Below, one piece after another: positions 28,741-37,224 of a DNA stretch of 64,000 nucleotides. The position numbers and the translations under genes are program-made. The notes beneath the pieces were generated by a model. The model ran no database searches. It saw nothing but the letters and a program-made list of their open reading frames with translations, and was not told the DNA's origin. Location: NCBI GenBank assembly GCA_964550955.1, contig CAZKAF010000001.1, positions 99,951 to 163,950 of the forward strand. Reading direction: 5' to 3'. Origin of the DNA: an uncultured Candidatus Saccharibacteria bacterium (lineage in GTDB: Bacteria; Patescibacteriota; Minisyncoccia; Phycocordibacterales; CAIZLB01). The stretch's first letter is position 1. Every line of letters starts with the position of its first letter.

Positions 28741-30966
28741 ATGAAAATAGCAATTTTCTACAATTTTTTGGACAGCATCGGCGGGGCGGAAGAGCTGACG
28801 CTCATGTTCGCCCGGAGCTTGGATGCGGACATTTATACTACGAACGTCGATCCGGACAAGATAGCGAAGATGGGCTTCGCGGACCTGCTTCCTCGCATTC
28901 ACAGCATCGGCTCCGTTTCCGCGCATGCGCCGTTCAGGCAGCAGATGACGCTCTTTCATTTCTCGAAAGTCGACGTGTCCGACAAGCATGAGCATTTTCT
29001 GATAACGGGCGATTGGGCCATATCCGCGGCAAAGCATCATCCTTCGGCCGTCTGGTATACCCACAGTCCCCTGAACGAGCTTTGGCAGTTTCGCGGGCTG
29101 ATCATGAGCGAGATGCTCAGCTTCTGGCAGCGTCCGCTGTTTTTCGCCTGGTCCGGCTTCAACAGGATCCTTACCGGCCGGTATCAGAAGAAAATCAGGA
29201 GAATCGTCTCGAACTGCCGGGGCACCCAGGTGCGATTGAAAGCCGCGTACGGCCGCGAGTCGTCCCTCATATTTCCGCCGGTCGACACCGGACTGTACGA
29301 GTACGGTCATCCCCAAGGCTATTGGCTCTCGGTCAACAGGCTGGTACGGCACAAGAGAGTCGAAGCCCAGATGCTGGCTTTCGCCAAGATGCCGGACAGG
29401 AAGCTGATAATCGTCGGAAGCTACGAGAAGGGCGCGTCGCAGTACGAAGAATATCGCGAATATCTGGAGTCGATCAGGCCGCCGAACGTCGAGATGCGAA
29501 GCTGGGTCGATTCGAGCGAGCTCGTTCGGCTGTACTCCAATTGCACGGGCGCGCTCGCGACCTCCCCTCATGAGGATTTCGGCATGTCGGCAATCGAGGC
29601 CATGGCATCGGGCAAGCCGTTCGTCGCCCCGAACAGCGGAGGGTATGCCGAATCGGTCATTCATAAGAAAACCGGATACCTGTACCGGCACGTCGACGAT
29701 TCAAGAAATGCGGACGGCCTGATCGAGGGCGTGTCCTGGGTTGAGCACGCCTTGCGCGACAATCCGGGCTTTTTTGCCGACAAGTCTTTTGACCGGGCAA
29801 GGGACTTCGATATCGGCCATGCATGCGCCGAGCTCGTGAAGGTTCTTGCCGAAGAATCCGCGCCGGCGAACGATTCGGTCGCGGACATCGGCATGTTTTA
29901 TCCGTACTCGAAGCCGCTCGTGAGCGTGGTCGTTCCGATCAGAAACGGGGCGGGATATCTCAGGGATTTCCTCTTAAGCATGCAGGGCCAGACATACAAG
30001 AATTACGAGCTCATTCTTGTCGACAATACGAGAAGGGGCATGGCGCTCTGCCCGGAAGACAAGGCCGTCCTGAGGTCGCTGCCGAAGTACAAGGTCGCAA
30101 GGGAGCTTAGGAAAGGGCGCGGCAGGGCGCGGCAGGCGGGGGAATTGGCATCGTCCGGAGACATCGTCCTGATGACGGACATCGACTGCACGGTTTCCCC
30201 TGATTGGATCGAGGAAATGACGAATCCTATCGTCAACAACATCGCGCTCTCCGTCCAGGGGTCGGATTTGCCGGAAGACAGAAATTCGTTCTGGTCCGCC
30301 CAGCAGGCGCTCCGTTCCGAAGACAAGTGGGAAGCCATTCATGAATTGTCCAAAAAAAGCATTCAAGGGCTCATCGATACGAAGAATTTCGCGATACGGA
30401 AAGACGTTCTCGCGAAAATAGGATTTTCAGATTGCCGATACGTGAGCGGAAACGACACGGCGCTGTCCATACGGCTTTCTTCTTTCTGCGAGCGCATCAG
30501 GGACGACGCCATGCGCGGGAAGGATGCTCGCGTCGAGGGACTGCACGGGTTCGAAGGCGTGGCATTTCTTGACGAGGTCAAGGTCAGGCATCGTCATCCG
30601 GATTCGTTCTTCAAGCTTCTTTATAAGCAATTGTATCGAGGATATTGGACCGCAGTCATAACGAAAGATTATCGGGAAATGGTGGATGCTGCATTCAAAA
30701 GCAGGACTGCCCAGACGGTCGAATCGTTCTTCAGGATGCCCGATGAGGGTAAGCGGGAAGACGTGCGTGAGGAAGAGCAACGCGATGCGCCGCGCTCGCT
30801 GGGCGGGAAGCAGAAAAGCCCGGCAATCAGGGACTTTGACGAGAGAGTGCTGAATCGGCTCAAGGCCATGATGTCCGAAAGCAATCAGCAGTATCTGTTC
30901 GATTTCGTATCGGGTTTCGCATGGAGAATCGGAATCCTGTTCGGCCGGCTCTGGAATGCGTACTAG
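28741..30966 (+). CDS. bifunctional glycosyltransferase (N-terminal GT4-like GT-B + central GT2 GT-A domain)
   Basis: EDFGMSAIEAMASGKPFVAPNSGGYAES (GT4); VSVVVPIRNGAGYLRDFLLSMQGQTYKNYELILVDN (GT2). Confidence 0.8.
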   Translation: MKIAIFYNFLDSIGGAEELTLMFARSLDADIYTTNVDPDKIAKMGFADLLPRIHSIGSVSAHAPFRQQMTLFHFSKVDVSDKHEHFLITGDWAISAAKHHPSAVWYTHSPLNELWQFRGLIMSEMLSFWQRPLFFAWSGFNRILTGRYQKKIRRIVSNCRGTQVRLKAAYGRESSLIFPPVDTGLYEYGHPQGYWLSVNRLVRHKRVEAQMLAFAKMPDRKLIIVGSYEKGASQYEEYREYLESIRPPNVEMRSWVDSSELVRLYSNCTGALATSPHEDFGMSAIEAMASGKPFVAPNSGGYAESVIHKKTGYLYRHVDDSRNADGLIEGVSWVEHALRDNPGFFADKSFDRARDFDIGHACAELVKVLAEESAPANDSVADIGMFYPYSKPLVSVVVPIRNGAGYLRDFLLSMQGQTYKNYELILVDNTRRGMALCPEDKAVLRSLPKYKVARELRKGRGRARQAGELASSGDIVLMTDIDCTVSPDWIEEMTNPIVNNIALSVQGSDLPEDRNSFWSAQQALRSEDKWEAIHELSKKSIQGLIDTKNFAIRKDVLAKIGFSDCRYVSGNDTALSIRLSSFCERIRDDAMRGKDARVEGLHGFEGVAFLDEVKVRHRHPDSFFKLLYKQLYRGYWTAVITKDYREMVDAAFKSRTAQTVESFFRMPDEGKREDVREEEQRDAPRSLGGKQKSPAIRDFDERVLNRLKAMMSESNQQYLFDFVSGFAWRIGILFGRLWNAY

Positions 30967-31206
30967 CTGTGTTTTTGGCCGGATGGGTATCGGGAGATAC
31001 GCCTGTAGAATGTGTTCTTCTTTTGGGTATGTATAGGATAGGCAATGACGCAGCTGCATGCGGTGTGGACGGTTGGGCTGCCATGGCGTCTCAAGCAGGC
31101 GCTCAAGCAATATCGCAAAAGTGCGATGTTGCTCTCGAGGAAACAAAGCAAAAACCCGGCATGCAAACGCTCGGATATTTTTCTATTCTCCTGACCTCCT
31201 CGATAC

Positions 31207-31914
31207 TTATTTCATGTTCCTGATTATGCAGATGACGTGCCGCATGCCGTCCCTGAGCGACCTGAGCTTGGAGTCTCCGATTCGCTTCTTATAGCCTGTC
31301 GGGAGCTCGGTTATCCGGAGGCCCTGCTTCGAGGCTTTTATGATCATTTCCGATGCCAGCTCCATTCCGTCTGAAATGAGATTCAGGTTCTGAACCGCGC
31401 CGTTCTTGAAAGCCCGTGCCCCGCAATGAATGTCCTTGATTTGTATGCTGAATATTTTCTGAACTAAAAATGAGAGGAACGGATTGCCGATGTATTTTCT
31501 GTGAAGGGGCATGACGCCCAGCTCCATCTTCCGGGCGAAGCGGTTGCCTATGACAAGGTCGAAGCCTTCATCGAGCTTTCTCATGAACTTGGGTATGTCT
31601 CCGAAATCATACGTGCCGTCGGAATCGGCCATGAACACGTAGTCATGCGACGCGTCGGCAAAGCCTGACCGGTAAGCGGAGCCGTATCCTTTTTTCAGTT
31701 CCTGAAACATGCGTATTTGCACGGGGCTGGCTGGCCGGTTGTCCGCGATTCTCCGGCGAATGATCGGCGCGCTTTGGTCCGTCGATCCGTTGTCGACGAC
31801 CAGGATTTCTCCCGCCAAGGCGTTCTCGCTCATTGCCTGGAGAACCTGATCGATGCAGATATCGATGGATTGCTCCTCGTTCAGGCAGGGAAGCACGACG
31901 CTGATTTTTTGCAT
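31207..31914 (-). CDS. GT2 polyprenol-phosphate sugar transferase (Dpm1/ArnC-like)
   Basis: ISVVLPCLNEE...VVDNGSTD...MADSDGTYD. Confidence 0.8.
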   Translation of the reverse strand: MQKISVVLPCLNEEQSIDICIDQVLQAMSENALAGEILVVDNGSTDQSAPIIRRRIADNRPASPVQIRMFQELKKGYGSAYRSGFADASHDYVFMADSDGTYDFGDIPKFMRKLDEGFDLVIGNRFARKMELGVMPLHRKYIGNPFLSFLVQKIFSIQIKDIHCGARAFKNGAVQNLNLISDGMELASEMIIKASKQGLRITELPTGYKKRIGDSKLRSLRDGMRHVICIIRNMK

Positions 31915-31950
31915 GTATGATATTATATCAAGTAATCAGATCTTACGCTT

Positions 31951-33840
31951 ATGGAACTTTTACTCGCAATATTGCTTTCAGTCGGATACTTCGCGCCGTT
32001 CATCTTTTACCGAAACCTCAAGTCGTTCGTCGGCTCCCTGACGATATTCCTGTCCGCGCACCTGCTTGTGGGCCTGGCCACGCAGTTTGCGGGAATATTC
32101 ACGTACCTGACGGTGACCCTGATTCACCTGGCATTGAACGTGACCGCGCTGGCGATGCTTCATGTCGCGCTGAAGCGCAAGGAAGCCCCTCCGGTGGCGC
32201 ATGTCGAGGATTTGAAAAAGAAAAACAATATTTTTTGGGCGAAGGTCGTCATCGGAGCGATAGCCTCGGTCACGTTGCTGTATCAGGCCTATTCCGTCCA
32301 CTACAGCTTTACCGGACTGGCCAGCACTATCGTAGGCACGCAGGCCTTGCAGGGCAGCGCGTATCCGTACCCGTATTATTCCGACGAATGGGTGGCAGTA
32401 TCCATGATCAACTATTCGATCAGCACGAAATCCCTGCCTCTCGTCAATCCTCTGAATGCGAACGAGCCGTTCATGCATTTCCTGACGCCTTTCTACAGCC
32501 TCGTTTCCGAGCTTAGCCTGTCTTTCGGGCTGAATCCTCTGACGGACTATTCAAAGCTGACCATATTCTTCGGGGCAATCCTGTTCATTTCCCTGTATGC
32601 ATTGCTGCGCTCGTACGGAATCGGCTTCTTCGCGGCCGTGCTGGCCGTGCTTTCGGCCGGCCAGATCACGAACGGGGCCAATCTTGCCGTTTTCTGGTAC
32701 CTCATACCGTATCTGGTCGGATTCATATTCTTCATACACTTTTTAATGTATCTTCAGCTCAAGAAATGGCCGCTGGCGACGGCATCCGGGCTCATGGCCT
32801 GCCTCCTGTATCCGCCCATGGCCGTATTCATGTTCGCGGCCCTGATTCCCATCCTGTATGCGGTCAAGAAGGAGCTCCGAGTAAAGGTTCTCGTCTCTGT
32901 CTTGGCAGTCACCCTGGCTTTGGTCTTCTCGACTTCCATCATATCGATAGAGACATTTTCATTCGCCGAAACGCTCAAGACGTTCTTCGACCTGATATTC
33001 CGGGACTCTCTTCTCCGGGGTTCGGTGGCGGACTACAAGCTTTGGTATGTCATGCCGCTGTTCTTCGTTCCTTTCGCATTTCACGGCCTGTATTTGGCGT
33101 TCAGGCAGAAAAGGCACAGCCTCGTTTCCGCGACGGCGTTCGGCCTTGCCCTTTGGCTCATATATCCTCATATTCCGTTCGTGGTGTTCCTCGAGCATTC
33201 GAGAGTCGTGGCAGTTACGGGCCTCCTGCTTTTTGTGGCCATCGGTTTCAGCTATGAGTTCATCCTGAGATACATCGAGCTCGGCCAGAAGGAGAATATC
33301 ATCGACCCTTTGGTCGATCCTTCCTTGCCCAAGCGGATTTCCAGAATGTTCGTGAAATACATGATACCGATAGTGACGGGCGCATGCGTGCTCATCTTCG
33401 CGTTCTTCGCCGGAGGGTATACCGAGCGCCTGCTCTGGGTAAATTTGAAATTGAAGACGCCTAATCAGAACGGAACAGCTCAGCTGGTGTCGCCGGCCAC
33501 TCCCGCCAACAGGTACCTGCATCAGGATGACCTCAGGCTTTTCTCCGACCTGGAGAAAGTCCGCTTCTTGGCGCCGCCGTGGAAAGGGCTCGTAATCGGG
33601 GTGGCGACAAACAATTATCCGCTTGAATCAAAATCCTCCACGGTTACGAATCTTCAGCTCAAGTATTCCGATTTTATGAGATCTTCATGCGTTCAGAAAG
33701 CTTTGTACATACGGGATAGGAAAGTCGAGTACATATACAGCGAACAGCAGACCTGCAAGGATCTGCTTAAGACGCTGACTCTTATCGGTACCAGCACCGA
33801 AGGCCTCCATCTCTACAAGACTTCATACAAGGCCATTTAA
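31951..33840 (+). CDS. large polytopic membrane protein, candidate GT-C glycosyltransferase/polymerase
   Basis: 629 aa, more than 12 TM helices; adjacent to a Dpm1/ArnC-like GT2. The functional assignment is by context only. Confidence 0.5.
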   Translation: MELLLAILLSVGYFAPFIFYRNLKSFVGSLTIFLSAHLLVGLATQFAGIFTYLTVTLIHLALNVTALAMLHVALKRKEAPPVAHVEDLKKKNNIFWAKVVIGAIASVTLLYQAYSVHYSFTGLASTIVGTQALQGSAYPYPYYSDEWVAVSMINYSISTKSLPLVNPLNANEPFMHFLTPFYSLVSELSLSFGLNPLTDYSKLTIFFGAILFISLYALLRSYGIGFFAAVLAVLSAGQITNGANLAVFWYLIPYLVGFIFFIHFLMYLQLKKWPLATASGLMACLLYPPMAVFMFAALIPILYAVKKELRVKVLVSVLAVTLALVFSTSIISIETFSFAETLKTFFDLIFRDSLLRGSVADYKLWYVMPLFFVPFAFHGLYLAFRQKRHSLVSATAFGLALWLIYPHIPFVVFLEHSRVVAVTGLLLFVAIGFSYEFILRYIELGQKENIIDPLVDPSLPKRISRMFVKYMIPIVTGACVLIFAFFAGGYTERLLWVNLKLKTPNQNGTAQLVSPATPANRYLHQDDLRLFSDLEKVRFLAPPWKGLVIGVATNNYPLESKSSTVTNLQLKYSDFMRSSCVQKALYIRDRKVEYIYSEQQTCKDLLKTLTLIGTSTEGLHLYKTSYKAI

Positions 33841-33894
33841 TAAAAAACTATCTAACTTCTTTGTTCAGCTGCCCGCATCGCTAAGCGAGCGCGA

Positions 33895-35154
33895 TCATTC
33901 CGCCGCTTCTCCCGTCTCTGCTCCGCTTGGCGGAGCGGACTGCATGTTCTTGATGATGATGTCTATGCTCTCGGGCTCTATCTCTGACACGGTTATGTAA
34001 GACGGAACGTTGAGCATTTCCTTCTTGATCTCGATGGCCTTGGTTCCGGATGCGAAGTCCTTGGCATCGACTCGAATCTCGAGCTTCGTGGCGTCGATGA
34101 GGCTGATGTCCCTGCTTTTTCCTTGCAGCACGACATTGACTTGCCTGGTGCTGGTCTTGCTCTCGATTTCGAGTCCCGAAGGAAGAAGCTGGAACGACAG
34201 CGGAACCGTATATTCCTTCTTGATGACTCCGGTCTGGACGAATAGGAAAATCCACAGGATGGAGGCGACGGAAAGCGCCAAGGCTTTCGTGCCCAGATTG
34301 CTCAGGAAGAAATAATGCCAGAAGCTCGTATGCGCCTTTTCTTCCTCGCCCGTAAGCTTCTTGAGCAATTCCCGGAGCGCGTCTTCCTTCATGACCGTGC
34401 CCTTTCCTTGTTCATATGCGGTTATGGTTCCTCGCTCTTCCGAAACGGCGATGGCAATGGCGTCAGTATCTTCCGTGACGCCGGCTGATGCCCGGTGCCT
34501 CGTGCCCGCCTTTCTGTATCCGGTATATTCTCGGGCGAGCGGCAGATGAACTCCGAAAAGCTTGATCGCGTCGTGCTCGATGACGATGGCGCCGTCATGC
34601 CCGGACGAATTCGTGTCGAAGATGCTGAGAATGATTTCTTTCGTCACTTCGCCGCCGAGCCGCTGTCCGCCCTCGATGAGGTCGTCAAGCTCCTGCTTGC
34701 CGGGAAACACGATTATCCCGCCGATTCTTTTCTCCGCCATGTATAAGAGCGCGTCGGCAATCTCGCCGGACGTGCCCTTGCTGATCTGCTTGGCCGAACT
34801 GAACAGGTCGCGCTGGCCAGTGACGATCCACTTGAAGAATTTGCGGATTTCCCGCTGAAAGACGATGGCGATGATGATGAACGTCAGCGTCGAGAGAGGC
34901 TGCAGGATGGAGCGGGTGAGCGAGAGGTTGAGGTTCTGCGACAGGAAGCTGACCGCCATGAGAACGAGCGACACTCCGGCAACGAAATACGAGCGCGTCT
35001 GCTTGACGAACAGCAGGACGATGTAGATGGCGAGAGCCACGAGGGCGATATCTATCACTTCTCGAAACGTTATGTTTTGGAAGGCGATTCCTATGTTCGA
35101 GAAAGAGCTCGCGACGGATGCGAGCTGGAATGATGAGATAAGGTCCTGATACAT
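33895..35154 (-). CDS. cdaA: diadenylate cyclase CdaA fused to a YbbR/CdaR-like domain region
   Basis: Three N-terminal TM helices. DAC motifs SSGHDGAIVI...GTRHRASAGVTEDTDAIAIAVSEERG. A further TM helix and YbbR-like repeats make up residues 280-419. Confidence 0.75.
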   Translation of the reverse strand: MYQDLISSFQLASVASSFSNIGIAFQNITFREVIDIALVALAIYIVLLFVKQTRSYFVAGVSLVLMAVSFLSQNLNLSLTRSILQPLSTLTFIIIAIVFQREIRKFFKWIVTGQRDLFSSAKQISKGTSGEIADALLYMAEKRIGGIIVFPGKQELDDLIEGGQRLGGEVTKEIILSIFDTNSSGHDGAIVIEHDAIKLFGVHLPLAREYTGYRKAGTRHRASAGVTEDTDAIAIAVSEERGTITAYEQGKGTVMKEDALRELLKKLTGEEEKAHTSFWHYFFLSNLGTKALALSVASILWIFLFVQTGVIKKEYTVPLSFQLLPSGLEIESKTSTRQVNVVLQGKSRDISLIDATKLEIRVDAKDFASGTKAIEIKKEMLNVPSYITVSEIEPESIDIIIKNMQSAPPSGAETGEAAE

Positions 35155-35450
35155 GTTGTAATTTGCTTTAGCTTATAAAAGGTATTAACCCCAGAGCAGG
35201 CTCTGGACATTGCAAGCAAAGCTCGCATGTTCCGCAGCAAGCTGCGGGTTAAACATTGTGTTACCGTCGCTCGTTCGGAAATGAAAATGTATTTTCATTT
35301 CTCTCACTTTGCTAGGTAATAAAAATGCTTGATACGTATACATAATATAGATACGGGCACGATGTAACAACCCCGATAATCGCAGTTCCGGAGGATTCTT
35401 TCAGCCATGCGCGACAGAATGGGGCATGATGCCCGGTTCAATGCTGAATA

Positions 35451-35480
35451 TTGACAGTATATGCATATCTATAGTATAAT
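35451..35480 (+). promoter_or_regulatory. near-consensus sigma70-type promoter for the DGR target gene
   Basis: TTGACA (35451-56), 18-nt spacer, TATAAT (35475-80). Confidence 0.6.
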
Positions 35481-35512
35481 AACAAAGATACAGCTCCTTT
35501 AAAACCATGGTT

Positions 35513-35563
35513 CTTCGCCACAGCACAAAGCTCTTTATCTGAGGGCTCCGTGCTGTGGCGAAG
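35513..35563 (+). promoter_or_regulatory. strong hairpin in the putative 5' leader of the DGR target gene
   Basis: CTTCGCCACAGCAC ... GTGCTGTGGCGAAG: 14-bp perfect stem with a 23-nt loop. Confidence 0.5.
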
Positions 35564-35623
35564 AGTCCAGCGAACCAAACCGCATCCTTATGGGTGCACA
35601 TCAAATAGAACATCGATAACGGT

Positions 35624-36319
35624 ATGAAACCGATTACGACAGGACAGAGAGAGCAATTCGGAACCGTCGTCAAAGACGCGGCCCGCAAAGCGGCTGAAGA
35701 AGGGGTCACCGAACTTGAACAGGGTGGTGCTCTCGACGGCGACAGCATCCAGCGCGTCCTCGAAAAAGGAGGTGATCTGGCTGCCAAGCTGAAAGCGTTC
35801 GTGAAAACGACGCTTGCCGAAATGGCGGAAAGCATCCGCGGATGCCTCAAGTTAATCTCGGGAGCGGAAACGCTTACCCTTGATCCGACTGACGGCAAGA
35901 AGACCATCGCAAGGGCCGGCGACCTGTTCTTTTATCTCGACGGTGACTTCAAGGCCTATGGCTGCGACGTCCCCGGAAAACCGAGCCAGGGCGGTCCCGT
36001 CCAGGTTCACGAGATGGTCAAGGACGGTACCTTCGCCCAGATTTTTGGCGGATTGAGTGACAATCTCGATTCGTTGTGTCTGGAGCAGGACCAGATCATT
36101 CAGTTTGTCGAGAAGCACCGCAAGTGGCTTCGCACGGATGGGTACGGCACCTTCTTCCTGTTCAAGGTGAACGGAGAAGGCTTCGTTGCGAGCGTGCCCG
36201 TGCCCTCCGGTGGCGGCCTCTGCGCCGACGTCTCTCGCTTCTCGCGCGGCCTTGTCTGGTCTGCCCGGGATCGTCCTCGCGTGGTGGTTCCGCAACCCCT
36301 TGTGCCTCAGGTTCCCTGA
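35624..36319 (+). CDS. DGR target (variable) protein; C-terminal ~40 aa encoded by the VR
   Basis: 231 aa. The last 120 nt form the VR. The TR counterpart encodes Asn (AAC) where the VR encodes varied residues. Confidence 0.75.
   Translation: MKPITTGQREQFGTVVKDAARKAAEEGVTELEQGGALDGDSIQRVLEKGGDLAAKLKAFVKTTLAEMAESIRGCLKLISGAETLTLDPTDGKKTIARAGDLFFYLDGDFKAYGCDVPGKPSQGGPVQVHEMVKDGTFAQIFGGLSDNLDSLCLEQDQIIQFVEKHRKWLRTDGYGTFFLFKVNGEGFVASVPVPSGGGLCADVSRFSRGLVWSARDRPRVVVPQPLVPQVP
36181..36300 (+). repeat. DGR variable repeat (VR)
   Basis: About 120 bp aligned to the TR at 36668-36787; about 25 mismatches, every one at a TR adenine. Conserved 3' end GTGGTGGTTCCG. Confidence 0.85.
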
Positions 36320-36667
36320 ACCTTTGGCTCTTAGTCCCTTTGACCCTTTGTCCGCGTATGAAAATGCGTTGGCAGAGGTCAGGGGGATTTTTTTTATGCA
36401 GCGATGTCCGCGTTTACTAAAATCGCCGGCCGAGTGTATACTGAACATGCAATGCATAGACGCGTCTCGGCCACGGCTTGGATGCCATACTTGCGTCAAT
36501 GCAGGCTCGAGAATTTTGCCGGACACGTCCTGCAAAAGAGCGGGTCTGTCTTTTCAAATAAAAAATAATTAGTTGGTGCGACAAGCTGAAGGACTTCTAG
36601 GTCCTGCATAAGATTCAGCCCGTCCTGATTGGGCGGGCAGTGTACCAGATGGCTTGCCGCACGAATT

Positions 36668-36787
36668 CTTCGTTGCGAACGTGAACGTGAACTCCGATGG
36701 CAACCTCAACGCCAACGTCAATCGCTTCTCGAACGACAATGTCTGGAATGCCAAGAATCGTCATCGCGTGGTGGTTCCGAAACTCAT
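36668..36787 (+). repeat. DGR template repeat (TR), non-coding
   Basis: Adenine-rich copy of the VR with 13 AAC/AAT codons in the VR frame; not part of a credible ORF. Confidence 0.85.
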
Positions 36788-36798
36788 GATTTCTCTCA

Positions 36799-37161
36799 TC
36801 AAGACATGGTGAGAGTTTTGTTTTGGCGGGATTGCGCCAGAGGGCTTTGCAGTCCTTTTCGCCATCCTCCGAGCATCTTGCCTATTTCCTCAAGCTTCCC
36901 CGAAAGCTCTATGTATTTAGGAGTCGGCATCAGCTTGCTTTCCCATGCCAGCTGCATGAAGAACTTAAGGGCATCCAGCTTCGATATCGTGGTTCCGAGA
37001 ACATGGACTTTTTCTGCCGGCGCCATGTATATGCATGCGAAGCTCAATTCCAGCACTTCGAGAAAGATGCCTTCGATCTTCTGGCCCATGCCGAACCTTT
37101 CGGTTCTCGGGAAATTCCTATGAAGCAATAGCCAGGCTTGGTAGGCTTCCTTTTCTTTCAA
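36799..37161 (-). CDS. avd: Avd (accessory variability determinant), four-helix-bundle protein
   Basis: 120 aa. FPRTERFGMGQKIEG and KLEEIGKMLGGW match the Avd / 23S-rRNA-IVS four-helix-bundle family. TTG start. Lies on the strand opposite to TR and RT. Confidence 0.75.
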   Translation of the reverse strand: MKEKEAYQAWLLLHRNFPRTERFGMGQKIEGIFLEVLELSFACIYMAPAEKVHVLGTTISKLDALKFFMQLAWESKLMPTPKYIELSGKLEEIGKMLGGWRKGLQSPLAQSRQNKTLTMS

Positions 37162-37185
37162 GATTACGCCAGGGGTCGTTTTTGC

Positions 37186-37198
37186 GGGGGGGGGGGGG
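37186..37198. repeat. G13 homopolymer tract in the avd/RT divergent intergenic region
   Basis: gcgggggggggggggggca, seen directly. Confidence 0.8.
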
Positions 37199-37224
37199 CA
37201 GATTCATGGTTTGTATTGTGTAAT

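Noticed and set aside
28528-29691. 387-aa minus-strand ORF inside the bifunctional glycosyltransferase gene
   Set aside because: Antisense to a gene with clear GT4/GT2 motifs; a long ORF expected by chance in a GC-rich region.
36076-36572. ORFs 36076-36420 and 36186-36572 overlapping the VR and the VR-TR spacer
   Set aside because: Alternative frames of the target gene's 3' end with Arg/Pro/Leu-rich composition; explained by high local GC.
36629-37123. 164-aa plus-strand ORF (and 36823-37131) overlapping the TR and avd
   Set aside because: It covers the non-coding DGR template repeat and is antisense to a well-supported Avd gene. The translation is Arg/Gln-rich nonsense.
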